Source: an uncultured Elusimicrobia bacterium (GTDB lineage Bacteria > Elusimicrobiota > Elusimicrobia > 2-01-FULL-59-12). From it: 64,000 nt of DNA. Position numbers and translations under genes: made by a program. The DNA lies in the NCBI GenBank assembly GCA_964604825.1, contig CAZSAL010000004.1, positions 11,400-75,399 on the forward strand. The letters are read 5' to 3'. Positions 31,301 through 39,777 of this stretch are shown in pieces. The notes beneath the pieces are model-generated. The model was not told where the DNA came from and made no database searches. It saw nothing but the letters and a program-made list of their open reading frames with translations. The first letter of the stretch is position 1; each line of letters starts with the position of its first letter.

Positions 31301-31555
31301 AAGAAGGCCGAAGTGGAAGTGAAGAAGGTAGCGAAGCAATTATTAGAGAAATTAAAAGCTGAAAAACTCGTTCTCGACTGGCGGAAACGTCAGCAATCCC
31401 GGGCCGCTGTCCGGCTATGTATCGAAGAAGTTCTTGACCAACTACCGCAGGATCTCTATCCCAAGCCAGTCTATGCCAAAAAATGCGACCTAGCCTATCA
31501 GCACATCTACGAAGCTTACTATGGAAGTGGCGCAAGCATCTATCAGACGGCATGA
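28394..31555 (+). CDS. hsdR: type I R-M restriction endonuclease/helicase subunit HsdR
   Basis: SF2 helicase motifs including DEAH (VITDEAHRSQ). Start ATG 28394 overlaps the hsdS stop (ATGA). The listed start 28256 is internal to hsdS. Confidence 0.85.
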   Translation: MTLSGYSEDRLIQAPTVELFGKLKWDTADCMGEFDSGKSTLGRESKGDVVLVKKLRPALRKLNPDLPEEAISLAIEEITRDRSVMSPVAANKEIYEALKTVVKVSCRSQEAQEEETYTVNVVDWQTPANNDFFLASQFWVAGDMYTRRADLVGFVNGLPLVFIELKAAHRNLEEAYRGNLRDYRTAIPKLFWYNAFNVLSNGIDSRIGTITSDWEHFAEWKKINSEGEEGIISLETIIRGVCDKEKLLDLVENFTLFVEAKGGPVKMLAKNHQYLGVNNAVQALTQIKEKKGRLGVFWHTQGSGKSYSMVFFSQKVLRKKPGNWTFLVVTDRKELDTQIYRNFASAGAVTEQEAQATSGAHLKQLLREDHRFVFTLIQKFGTDGGAAFPVLSERSDIIVITDEAHRSQYDTLALNMRTALPQAAFIAFTGTPLIVGEEKTKDVFGDYVSVYNFRQSVIDGSTVPLYYENRIPELQLTNQHLNEDMETLLEATDLDENQQRRLEQEFSREYHLITREDRLKRIAEDVVEHFTGRGFQGKAMVISIDKATAVKMYDRVKTRWPIHLAKLRQELQSTQDAEQKADLERRITFMQTTDMAVVVSQGQNEVEDLKAKGVDITPHRYRMVHEDLETKFKTSEDPLRLVFVCAMWMTGFDVPSCSTIYLDKPMRNHTLMQTIARANRVCGEKLNGLIVDYAGVFRSLQKALAIYGTGVGGTATQGDMPVQAKQELIEGLRHHVALTVDLCESKGVDLSKIITSTAFERVKQMEDARETMIADDQTKKQFLASATSIHRLFKAILPDPAAKELSPQCSAIVRLADSIRSLAGPVDISEVMQDVEELLDDSVASAGYVIRDRGPEKRIDLSKIDFEALQKKFAAGYKRTEIERLKALLQGRLVVLVQKNRTRMDFLERFQKMMDEYNAGAVNIDEFFKQLVAFSRQLDDEDKRGITQNLSEEELAVFDLLTKPEPKLTKKAEVEVKKVAKQLLEKLKAEKLVLDWRKRQQSRAAVRLCIEEVLDQLPQDLYPKPVYAKKCDLAYQHIYEAYYGSGASIYQTA

Positions 31556-31643
31556 TCCCCTGCAACTCAGCCAACCGCGCAATCTAATTTCCGCTTAATT
31601 CTTTAATTCTTCCTTCTCAGGCCCACGCTTAAGTCCACGAATT

Positions 31644-31676
31644 TCGGGAATATTTTTGCGTTTTCGACACTAATGC
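31644..31676 (+). promoter_or_regulatory. conserved 33-nt motif copy A (TCGGGAATATTTTTGCGTTTTCGACACTAATGC)
   Basis: One of three near-identical copies (also 33379..33411 and 56309..56341), each shortly upstream of a start codon. Confidence 0.5.
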
Positions 31677-31783
31677 TTGGACCGTTGTACAGGCATTGAT
31701 CAGGAGACGAGCATGGAGCGCCAGAAAGGGTCTGGGTACCCCGGATTGGGTGGGGAACTTGGCAATCAGGGTAGGCAGGATAC

Positions 31784-31834
31784 GCATTTTGTAAACAAAA
31801 TGCCCTCGCCCCCGATTGCGGCCCTTCGGGCCGC
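31784..31834. promoter_or_regulatory. candidate oriT region: two perfect hairpins immediately upstream of mobC
   Basis: GCATTTTG-TAAA-CAAAATGC at 31784-31803 and GCGGCCC-TTC-GGGCCGC at 31818-31834, between the 33-nt motif and the mobC SD. Confidence 0.35.
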
Positions 31835-31886
31835 GGCTCTTGCGGGCTCCTGCCTTACCCTGATTGCCGACCTTAAGGAGGTTTCA

Positions 31887-32285
31887 ATGAAGAGAAAACC
31901 GGCATCCGAATTGTTGAGCAAGATTGTGAACGTGCGCGTACCTTATGACGAATACCATGGATTCCGCAAGCTGGCGGAGTATCTCAAAGTCAGCCCGGGC
32001 AGGTTGATCCGACACATCCTCCGCGAAAACTACATGGGACAATCCGATCCCTTGCCCGACCACATGAAAGGCTTCCGCGAGGCCGTTAACCAGCTGGCGG
32101 CAGCCGGCCGTAATCTCAATCAACTAGCCCGCGCTGCCAACAGCGGGCAACGGGTCGATCAAACTGAGGCCCAAGCTGTCATGGCTGAGATCCAAGCAGC
32201 GCTCAATCGAATGGGTGTGGAAATCAAAGCCTACATGTCGCGGCGCCGCAAACTGGAATGCGTTGAGCCCCGAAAAGCCGCTTGA
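31887..32285 (+). CDS. mobC: MobC-family relaxosome accessory protein
   Basis: MobC-like LNQLARAANSG core. Strong SD AAGGAGG 7 nt upstream of ATG 31887. The same frame is open back to 31677/31713, so a longer form cannot be excluded. Confidence 0.65.
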   Translation: MKRKPASELLSKIVNVRVPYDEYHGFRKLAEYLKVSPGRLIRHILRENYMGQSDPLPDHMKGFREAVNQLAAAGRNLNQLARAANSGQRVDQTEAQAVMAEIQAALNRMGVEIKAYMSRRRKLECVEPRKAA

Positions 32286-33243
32286 TTTCTCTTACCGGCC
32301 GCTCGTTAAAGGGCATGGCCTGGTCGTTGCCTTGCCGCTCGCAGAACGCCTGCGGGCGGCAAGGGGCGTTCCGCAGGCCGTGGTCAAAGTAGCTGGCTAC
32401 GGTCACGGGACCCCGGCAGCCAAGCGCCTCCTCCGATACATCAGCCGCAAAGGGGAATTGCCGCTCGAAACTGAATTGGGGGAGGTTCTGACCACCACCG
32501 ATGAACAGAAGGCCCTAGTGAATGATTGGGCCATCGATTTTGACGCACGAGGGGACAGCCGAGATACCGTTCACCTCATCTTCTCCATGCCGCCGGGGTC
32601 TTCTCCCGAAGCCTTGCGCCGCACCATCCGGACGGTTCTGCAGCGGCGGTTCCAGGGGCATGAGGCGGTCTTTGCCATCCATGAAGACAAGAAGCATCCG
32701 CATGCCCATGTGGTGGTCAAGATGTTCAATGTCGAAACTGAAAAGAAATTGCGCCTCAACCGACCCGACCTTTATCGCCTGCGCGAAATCTATGCTGAAG
32801 CCGCGCGAGAGGAAGGGGTTGAAATGGCCGTGTCACCCCGGGCCGCGCGGGGAATCGGACGAAAGGGCAGCCGTCGCGTCGCTCATCAGCTTCATCGCAA
32901 GGGGATCGTACCGCGCGCTGAGAAAGAGACCGCACGTGAAGTCCTTGAAAGTCTGGAAAAAGGCGATCTACGGGCGAAACCCTGGGAAGTCGCCATGCGG
33001 CGCCGCAATGACCTCGAAAGGCAAGCCTACCGAACCGAAGCCGAACGGCTCCGCACCGCCGCGCTCCAAAACGTCAAAGACAGGGACGCGCTCTTGAAGG
33101 CGGCGGCCGACCTCGAACGATTTTCCCGCGCGATGCCCACGCCCAAGACACTCCGCCAAACAATGATTGACCAGCTTCTCCAATCGCCGCGTCCCAAGAA
33201 TCCGGGATCCTCCCGGGACCACGACGGCGGTCTTGAGCGCTAA
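32215..33243 (+). CDS. conjugative relaxase (MobA/VirD2-like, MOBP/MOBQ-type)
   Basis: N-terminal Tyr region (VVKVAGYGHG) and histidine triad HEDKKHPHAHVVV. The exact start is uncertain because the ORF overlaps the end of mobC. Confidence 0.75.
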   Translation: MWKSKPTCRGAANWNALSPEKPLDFSYRPLVKGHGLVVALPLAERLRAARGVPQAVVKVAGYGHGTPAAKRLLRYISRKGELPLETELGEVLTTTDEQKALVNDWAIDFDARGDSRDTVHLIFSMPPGSSPEALRRTIRTVLQRRFQGHEAVFAIHEDKKHPHAHVVVKMFNVETEKKLRLNRPDLYRLREIYAEAAREEGVEMAVSPRAARGIGRKGSRRVAHQLHRKGIVPRAEKETAREVLESLEKGDLRAKPWEVAMRRRNDLERQAYRTEAERLRTAALQNVKDRDALLKAAADLERFSRAMPTPKTLRQTMIDQLLQSPRPKNPGSSRDHDGGLER

Positions 33244-33378
33244 TCCCGATTCACCTCCACTGTTCGCTTTGTGCGCATCCCTCGTAGCTAGATAAATCTC
33301 CGCATGCTATTTTTCACCTTTTTATTTTGAGTTTCGTTGATTTTCTCCGCGCGAAATGAAAAGTGCCGAACCAGGTAA

Positions 33379-33411
33379 TCGGGAATATTTTCGAGTTTTC
33401 GACACTAACGC
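33379..33411 (+). promoter_or_regulatory. conserved 33-nt motif copy B, upstream of the T4SS operon
   Basis: TCGGGAATATTTTCGAGTTTTCGACACTAACGC, 40 nt upstream of ATG 33452. Confidence 0.5.
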
Positions 33412-33451
33412 TTCGAAGGGCAGCACTATCGCAAGTTGGAAAGGAGCCGCT

Positions 33452-33700
33452 ATGCAGATGGAAATTGAAGGACAAGAGGTCGTCTACAAGGATCTTCCTG
33501 ATCTCCAGGGGAAGTTGACGGGACTCCTGGACAAGATCACGCAGGAGCGCGTGCTCCATGACCAGGAAGCCAAGCGCCTGCGTCATCAGGAGAAAAAGCT
33601 CCGTGCGTTTCTAGGGAATTCCGGCACTATGCCGGTCGCCACGACGGATCGTGACTCCGACCCGGCAGATGTCGCAGGCAAAGGGGGCGCCCATGAATAA
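33452..33700 (+). CDS. small coiled-coil hypothetical protein preceding the pilin gene
   Basis: SD AAGGAG 6 nt before ATG 33452; charged helical sequence. Confidence 0.3.
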   Translation: MQMEIEGQEVVYKDLPDLQGKLTGLLDKITQERVLHDQEAKRLRHQEKKLRAFLGNSGTMPVATTDRDSDPADVAGKGGAHE

Positions 33701-33980
33701 CAGGGGGTTCCTCACATTGGGTCTGTTGGCTGTACTCATGCTTTCGGTCGCGCTTCCGGCCTTGGCTGACATGGGAGGCTTGCCTTGGGAAACACCCCTT
33801 CAAGTCGTTGTTAACGCTCTCAGCGGTTCCACCGGCACCCTCCTGGCCGTTCTGGCGGTCATGGCCGTTGGCGTGATGGCTTTAGCCGGGCGAGTCTCCT
33901 GGGCGCATGCAGGCGCGGTCCTTTTCGGAATCGCCTGCATCTTCGGTGCGGCGCGGATCGTGGCGATCTTCAATGGTTGA
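33693..33980 (+). CDS. virB2: T4SS pilin VirB2/TrbC family
   Basis: Signal peptide plus two hydrophobic helices (LPALADMGG...). Size and position before VirB3/VirB4. Confidence 0.7.
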   Translation: MNNRGFLTLGLLAVLMLSVALPALADMGGLPWETPLQVVVNALSGSTGTLLAVLAVMAVGVMALAGRVSWAHAGAVLFGIACIFGAARIVAIFNG

Positions 33981-34266
33981 GAACCGGAACAACGATCCGC
34001 TTTTTCTCGGGCTTACTCGTCCGGCGATGATCTGGGGCGTGCCCCAACCGGTTTTTATCCTGAACGGGATGGTATCCATGGTCGGGTTTCTTGTCTTCAA
34101 CTCCTTTTATCCGCTCTTCATTGGAGCGCCGGTCCTGCATGGAGTGGCCTATCTACTTTGTCTCAAAGAAGCCCGCATTTTTGACCTGTGGTTCATCAAA
34201 GCGCGCTTCCTGCGATGCCTGAATCGCCGCTATTGGGGAGCCAACAGCTACGACCCTTTCCAATGA
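33973..34266 (+). CDS. virB3: T4SS protein VirB3/TrbD
   Basis: About 97 aa with two TM segments; directly upstream of and coupled to VirB4. Confidence 0.65.
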   Translation: MVENRNNDPLFLGLTRPAMIWGVPQPVFILNGMVSMVGFLVFNSFYPLFIGAPVLHGVAYLLCLKEARIFDLWFIKARFLRCLNRRYWGANSYDPFQ

Positions 34267-36659
34267 TCCAACTCAACGAACATCGCCCCGCGAAAGGCCA
34301 CCTCTCCGGTTCGGAGATCCCGGTGGGGACCTTCATCCCTTACGCCTGCCATTACGATGACCAAACCATTCTGACCAAGAATGGGCACCTCATCCAATTT
34401 CTGCGACTGGACGGATTTGCCTTTGAGTCCGCCGACCCCGAGGACATCGATGTTCGAAAGCGCCTTCGGAACGTGCTTCTCAAATCTCTGGCCGGTCCCG
34501 AATATGCCTTATGGTTTCACACGATTCGCAGCCGACAGCCGGCCTATCCGGAAGGCCAGTTCGAACCTGGGTTCGCGGAGATTCTCAACAACCGCTGGAA
34601 AGAGAAGAACGCCGGCCGCAATTTATTCCAAAACAGTCTATACGTTTCGATAGTTAAACGCGGCCACGTAGGACATGCGGGAAGTTTTCAGCAATTCCTG
34701 GGAATCTTCACGCAGAAGGGCAGTGACGCAGCACATGCCGAGACCTTGGGGGCTGCCTGCCAGGATTTAAAAGACATCACCCATCGCCTTGAATCCACCT
34801 TATCCGATTATGGCCCACATCTCCTCACGACACATTCGACACCGGCGGGCGTTATGTCCGAGCCATTGGCTTTTCTAGCACGGCTGATCAATCTGGAAGA
34901 CCGCCCGGTACTGGTTCCCGCGATGGACCTCTCGCGTTATCTCGCCTGGAAGCGCCTTTTCTTTGGCGGCAATGCGATCGAGTGCCGCGGAGCGACCCAT
35001 AGCCGGTTGGCCGCGATGGTCTCTATAAAGGAATACGCACCGGAAACGTATGCAGGGCTTCTGGACGGGTTTTTCTCGCTGCCTTTTGAGTTTGTTCTCA
35101 CGCAGTCCTTTACCTTTGTGCACCGTCAAACGGCACTTTCCGCGATGCAGCTCCAACAGCGTCGCATGGAGCAAACCGGGGATCTGGCCGTTTCGCAGAT
35201 GGAAGAAATCGACCAGGCGCTGGATGACGCGACCGGTGGTGCGATCGCGTTCGGCCAGCATCACCTGACCGTTCAGCCCATCGTCAATACCATGAAGGAA
35301 CTGGATGAAGCCATCGCGCGCATCGACACCGAGCTCATGAACCTGGGCATCCTGGGCGTCCGCGAAGACCTCAACATGGAACCCTGCTTTTGGGCGCAGC
35401 TTCCGGGCAATTTCGAGTACATCGCCCGGCGCGCCACGGTAAGTACGGCCAATCTGGCCGGCTTTGTTTCACTCCATAATTTTCCAGCCGGTCGCCCCTC
35501 AGGCAATCACTGGGGTCCAGCCGTCACCGTCCTTGAGACCAAATCCGGGACGCCCTACTTCTTTAATTTCCATTCGGGAGATGTGGGGCACACGACGTTC
35601 ATCGGTCCGACCGGGTGCGGCAAGACGGCACTTCTCAATTTCCTATGCGCACAAAGCCGGAAGTTCGGTGGTCGGGTTTTTTATTTCGACCGCGACCGCG
35701 GCTCGGAGATTTTCCTGCGGGCATTGGGAGGGACTTATCGCAACCTGGGCGCCGCGCATCCTTCCGGCTTTAACCCGCTCCAACTGGCCGACACACCTTC
35801 TAACCGCGCCTTTCTCGTGGACTGGCTGAAAAGCATGCTCATAGCCTCTGGAGATGCCTTCACCGGTGAAGAATTGGCTCGTGTGGGCGAAGCCGTTGCC
35901 GGCAACTACAAGCTCGCCTGGGACCATCGGACACTTGATAACGTGGCTCCCTTTCTGGGAATGGGCGGCCCTGGGAGCCTGGCGGGACGGCTTGCAATCT
36001 GGCATGGCCAGGGGGAAAAACGAAATCTCTTTGGTAATTCTGCCGACCTCCTGTCCTTAGACCAAAAGGTGATGGCTTTCGAGATGGGTCCACTGATGAA
36101 CGACACTTCAAGTATCACCCCGGTACTTTTGTATCTCTTCCACCGGATCAGTTCGGCCCTGGACGGCACGCCCACGATGATCGTACTGGAAGAAGCCTGG
36201 GCACTCCTCAAAAATCCCATCTTTGCCGCCAAGATCGAGGATTGGCTCAAAACCTTCCGAAAGTTGAATGCCCTTGTCATCTTTGCCACACAGAGCGTCG
36301 AAGATGCCGTGCGTTCGGCGATCAGCCCGGCCCTGATTGGGCAAACCGCCACACACATCTACTTTCCGAATCCCAAAGCCACCGAGGAATACCGCAACGT
36401 CTTCAAACTGTCCGAACGAGAGATGCACCTCATCCGTGACGTGTTGGACAAAGAGAGCCGCTGCTTTTTGCTCAAACAGGCGCACGATTCGGTGGTTGCG
36501 CGCGCCGACTTCTCGCCCATGCCGGACATTCTGGCTGTCCTCTCCGGTCGTGCCGAGACTGTCGCGATCGTCGATCGCCTGCGCTCCGATGTGGGGGATG
36601 ATCCGGCAGTCTGGCTTCCACTTTTTCAACAGGAGGTTTCACATGGGCTCAAGTCTTAA
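34263..36659 (+). CDS. virB4: T4SS ATPase VirB4/TrbE
   Basis: Walker A GPTGCGKT and VirB4/CagE-like body. ATGA overlap with virB3. Confidence 0.9.
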   Translation: MIQLNEHRPAKGHLSGSEIPVGTFIPYACHYDDQTILTKNGHLIQFLRLDGFAFESADPEDIDVRKRLRNVLLKSLAGPEYALWFHTIRSRQPAYPEGQFEPGFAEILNNRWKEKNAGRNLFQNSLYVSIVKRGHVGHAGSFQQFLGIFTQKGSDAAHAETLGAACQDLKDITHRLESTLSDYGPHLLTTHSTPAGVMSEPLAFLARLINLEDRPVLVPAMDLSRYLAWKRLFFGGNAIECRGATHSRLAAMVSIKEYAPETYAGLLDGFFSLPFEFVLTQSFTFVHRQTALSAMQLQQRRMEQTGDLAVSQMEEIDQALDDATGGAIAFGQHHLTVQPIVNTMKELDEAIARIDTELMNLGILGVREDLNMEPCFWAQLPGNFEYIARRATVSTANLAGFVSLHNFPAGRPSGNHWGPAVTVLETKSGTPYFFNFHSGDVGHTTFIGPTGCGKTALLNFLCAQSRKFGGRVFYFDRDRGSEIFLRALGGTYRNLGAAHPSGFNPLQLADTPSNRAFLVDWLKSMLIASGDAFTGEELARVGEAVAGNYKLAWDHRTLDNVAPFLGMGGPGSLAGRLAIWHGQGEKRNLFGNSADLLSLDQKVMAFEMGPLMNDTSSITPVLLYLFHRISSALDGTPTMIVLEEAWALLKNPIFAAKIEDWLKTFRKLNALVIFATQSVEDAVRSAISPALIGQTATHIYFPNPKATEEYRNVFKLSEREMHLIRDVLDKESRCFLLKQAHDSVVARADFSPMPDILAVLSGRAETVAIVDRLRSDVGDDPAVWLPLFQQEVSHGLKS

Positions 36660-37401
36660 GAAATATCTTCTGCGACAACCGTCCTTTGGCGTCATGCTGG
36701 AACGCGCCGCAGGGCTAACGATATTCGTTCTGGTCGTTGTGATTCTGACCGAACTCGTCACCCCTACTTCTTCGCAGGCAACCCTACCGGTTCTTGATTA
36801 TGCGGCCGTGAGTCAGATGCTCGTTCAGACAGAGCAGTTTACTCAGCATCTCTCCATGATGGCCCAGCAGATCACGATGCTCAAACAACAGGTTCAGTCC
36901 ATGAGCGGCCATTACGGGATCGGAAATCTAAGCGGCCCCATCAATGGGTGGGGCACGAGTTCCTGGGGGGATATAGTCGGGATGGTGAACACCGGCGTGA
37001 ATCCCGGTGACGCCTCCCAAGTCCAGGCTTACAAAGCCGCCCACTCGCAGGTTGCCGCCCAGTACCCTCCGCTTGATCCGAACCTGGCCGCGTCCAACCC
37101 ACGCATGCAGGCGGTCTGGAGCGGAACCTATCAGGCGGCGATCACAGGTTTAAGCGCCGGCCAGGGCACGTTTAACGCCGCGTCCGTGCCTCTTGCCGAT
37201 CTGCAGGCCTACCAGAACCGGATTGAACATACCGATACCGTCAAAGCCGCGCTCGACTTAAACACGGCGGTCGGAATTAAATCGGCTCAGATCAACGCCG
37301 AGCTTCTGCGTACAAACGCCATGCAGTTGTATCTACAGGCCAATGCCCAGAACGCTATCGCGAGCGGACAGGCCGCGCAATCAGACTTTTTCGCCAATTA
37401 A
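36643..37401 (+). CDS. VirB5/TrbJ-like minor pilus protein
   Basis: SD AGGAGG then ATG 36643; signal anchor, helical secreted protein; position between VirB4 and VirB6. Confidence 0.5.
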   Translation: MGSSLKKYLLRQPSFGVMLERAAGLTIFVLVVVILTELVTPTSSQATLPVLDYAAVSQMLVQTEQFTQHLSMMAQQITMLKQQVQSMSGHYGIGNLSGPINGWGTSSWGDIVGMVNTGVNPGDASQVQAYKAAHSQVAAQYPPLDPNLAASNPRMQAVWSGTYQAAITGLSAGQGTFNAASVPLADLQAYQNRIEHTDTVKAALDLNTAVGIKSAQINAELLRTNAMQLYLQANAQNAIASGQAAQSDFFAN

Positions 37402-37411
37402 GGAGCCACTC

Positions 37412-38419
37412 ATGGATTCTTATCTCGGACTGAGCAATATCTTGAACCTCGTCGACGCGTCGATTCAGATCTATGTCCAATCCACCTATCAGGCGCTTTC
37501 CTCTGCGCTCGCGCCGACCTTGAAGCTTCTCATGATCCTCTATGTGGTCTTCTTCGGGATCGGACATTTAACAGGCCATACGCCGTTTAATCTCTGGCGA
37601 ACGCTAAGGCATCTCGCCGTCATGGTTGTCGTGTCGGCGTTTGTTACGCAATGGGATTTCTTCACCCTCTATTTCGCCAACCTCTTTACGAATGGCCCCG
37701 GGAGGCTAATGGCCATCATTTCCGGTGGATCGGCCGATCCGAACGCCATGCTGGGCGACGTGCTGGATCGTGGGGTCATGGCTGCCAACGCGATCAACCA
37801 GACGGCGAGCGTTTTCACACTGGGTTTTCTGATCGTGGGCTACAGCCTGTTTTACATGACGCTCATTTCGGTCGCGTACGCACTTTATCTCCTGGTGCTT
37901 TCAAAGATTGCGCTCTCTATTCTCCTGGGGCTGGCTCCATTCTTTTTTCTTTTTCTGCTTTTTGATGCCACGCGTGATTTCTTCGTGCATTACTTTCGGC
38001 AGGTCTTTAATTTCGCTCTCATTCCCATTTTCACTGCTGCGGTCCTGAGCATCATGCTCAAAATACCTCAGCAGGCCCTCATGCAGCTGCAGTCGGCACT
38101 CGCCGCACACAGCGGGCATGGGGGACTTTATTGCGTGTATGTCCTGCTCTCGTTCTTCATCCTCCTGGGGCTTCTGCACCAGGTCACGGGTTTGCCGCCG
38201 GCATCTCGGGCGGCGGCCTGCATCTGCATCCGGGTGGCTTCGCCGCGATGTCTACGGCGATCGCGGTCGTTGGCGCCCAGCGAGGGGCCAAGCGCATTGT
38301 GGAAGCCGCCAGGCGCGGACGTGAGAAGATCCGCTCCCTGCGCCGGGAGAAGCGATCATGAACGGACTCCTCTTTCAGAATCCCTTCAAGACGCTTTCCT
38401 ATCCAGCCGAGGCCTATGA
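37412..38419 (+). CDS. virB6: T4SS inner-membrane protein VirB6/TrbL
   Basis: Polytopic membrane protein; SD AAGGAG before ATG 37412. Confidence 0.65.
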   Translation: MDSYLGLSNILNLVDASIQIYVQSTYQALSSALAPTLKLLMILYVVFFGIGHLTGHTPFNLWRTLRHLAVMVVVSAFVTQWDFFTLYFANLFTNGPGRLMAIISGGSADPNAMLGDVLDRGVMAANAINQTASVFTLGFLIVGYSLFYMTLISVAYALYLLVLSKIALSILLGLAPFFFLFLLFDATRDFFVHYFRQVFNFALIPIFTAAVLSIMLKIPQQALMQLQSALAAHSGHGGLYCVYVLLSFFILLGLLHQVTGLPPASRAAACICIRVASPRCLRRSRSLAPSEGPSALWKPPGADVRRSAPCAGRSDHERTPLSESLQDAFLSSRGL

Positions 38420-39047
38420 CTGGTATCAGGACCGCTATCAATCGGTGCACGTGAGCCGCAATCGCTGGCTCTGTACCGCCTGGGCGGCATTAGCTCTGGC
38501 CCTTCTCGAAGCCGCCGCGCTGATGACTCTTATCCCGCTCAAGACCTCCGTTCCTTTTCTCATCAAAGAGGAGACCTCGGGAGCCGTTACGACTGTCGCG
38601 CCCCTGGCCGGCGACCCATCCATGACTTACGACGAAGCCATCCGCAAATACTTCCTCGGCCATTACGTCATTGACCGGGAGACCTACGATCCAGCGGATC
38701 TGGCGGAGAATTACCGCGCGGTTGATCTGATGTCGGGTTCCTCTGAGCGGCGGTTGTTTGATCAATGGATCGCTTCCAATAATCCGACCGGACCACTCGC
38801 TGTGTATGGAAATCAGATTCGGCGATTCGTCCACGTGAAATCAATCGCATTCCTGCCGGGACAGATGGCGCAGTTGCGCTTCACAGCGACGGAACAGAAG
38901 GCGTCGAGCGCTCCCAAAGTCAGCGAATGGATCGCCACGGTGACCTGGCGTTTTGGACCCGCACCCATCGCCGAGGCGGACCGGCTCGTCAATCCACTCG
39001 GATTCTGTATCACCCATTACCGCATCGACCAGGAGGTCATTTCATGA
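38358..39047 (+). CDS. virB8: T4SS protein VirB8
   Basis: Single N-terminal TM plus an NTF2-like periplasmic domain pattern typical of VirB8. Confidence 0.7.
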   Translation: MNGLLFQNPFKTLSYPAEAYDWYQDRYQSVHVSRNRWLCTAWAALALALLEAAALMTLIPLKTSVPFLIKEETSGAVTTVAPLAGDPSMTYDEAIRKYFLGHYVIDRETYDPADLAENYRAVDLMSGSSERRLFDQWIASNNPTGPLAVYGNQIRRFVHVKSIAFLPGQMAQLRFTATEQKASSAPKVSEWIATVTWRFGPAPIAEADRLVNPLGFCITHYRIDQEVIS

Positions 39048-39766
39048 TTCGCATTCGCCTTATGTTTAGTCTGCTGTTTCTCTTTGCGGCTTATTCTGTC
39101 CATGCAGAGAGCGTTCCGCGTGCCACGGTCACGGATGACCGGGTCAAATTGCTCGTCTACAGCCCCAACCAGGTCTATCGGCTCGTCGCGTATTACGGCT
39201 ATCAGATCGACATTCAAATCGGAGACGCTGAAGAGATCAAAACCATCGCGGCCGGCGACTCCATCGGCTGGCAGATCGTTGGCGCGGGCCAGCATATCTT
39301 CATCAAACCGATGGCCGATGGGGCCCGCACAAACCTCTCGCTCGTGACGAACAAGCGAACCTACATATTTGATCTTGTCGCCCGATCGCCCCTCAGGCGC
39401 GAGGACATCACATACCTCATACGCTTTCGCTATCCCGAAACGGAGGCGTTCGCTTCATTGGTGCCGAGTGCGGCAGACAAAGACGGACCGAACTTCAATC
39501 TCAATTACAAGATCGCGGGGGCAAAAAGCATTCAACCGCTTCATGTCTTTGATGACGGCCAATTTACCTATTTTGAATTTGATCATACCCGGTCTCTTCC
39601 GGCCATCTTTGTGGTCGGGTCTGACGGCAAAGAAAGCCTCGTGAATTACCGCATGGAAGGCACCTACGTGGTCGTCGAACGCCTGGGCGACTTTTACACG
39701 ATGCGCAGCGGCAATGAAACCGCTACCGCAATCAATCAGAAGAAATTGTTGACGGACCCCGCTTAA
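39044..39766 (+). CDS. virB9: T4SS outer-membrane core protein VirB9/TrbG
   Basis: Signal peptide, VirB9/CagX conserved beta-rich domain. ATGA overlap with virB8. Confidence 0.8.
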   Translation: MIRIRLMFSLLFLFAAYSVHAESVPRATVTDDRVKLLVYSPNQVYRLVAYYGYQIDIQIGDAEEIKTIAAGDSIGWQIVGAGQHIFIKPMADGARTNLSLVTNKRTYIFDLVARSPLRREDITYLIRFRYPETEAFASLVPSAADKDGPNFNLNYKIAGAKSIQPLHVFDDGQFTYFEFDHTRSLPAIFVVGSDGKESLVNYRMEGTYVVVERLGDFYTMRSGNETATAINQKKLLTDPA

Positions 39767-39777
39767 GGAGAGCCGAC

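Noticed and set aside
31644-31676. 33-nt motif read as a sigma54 (-24 GG / -12 GC) or canonical sigma70 promoter
   Set aside because: GG/TTGC spacing fits in copy A only; copies B and C lack the TTGC. The -35/-10 hexamers are poor against the sigma70 consensus. Left as an unassigned regulatory motif.
31677-31886. Long N-terminal extension of MobC (starts at 31677 or 31713)
   Set aside because: The extension is low-complexity (G/P/A-rich) and contains two perfect DNA hairpins that are better explained as oriT inverted repeats. A strong SD precedes ATG 31887. The longer form is not strictly excluded.
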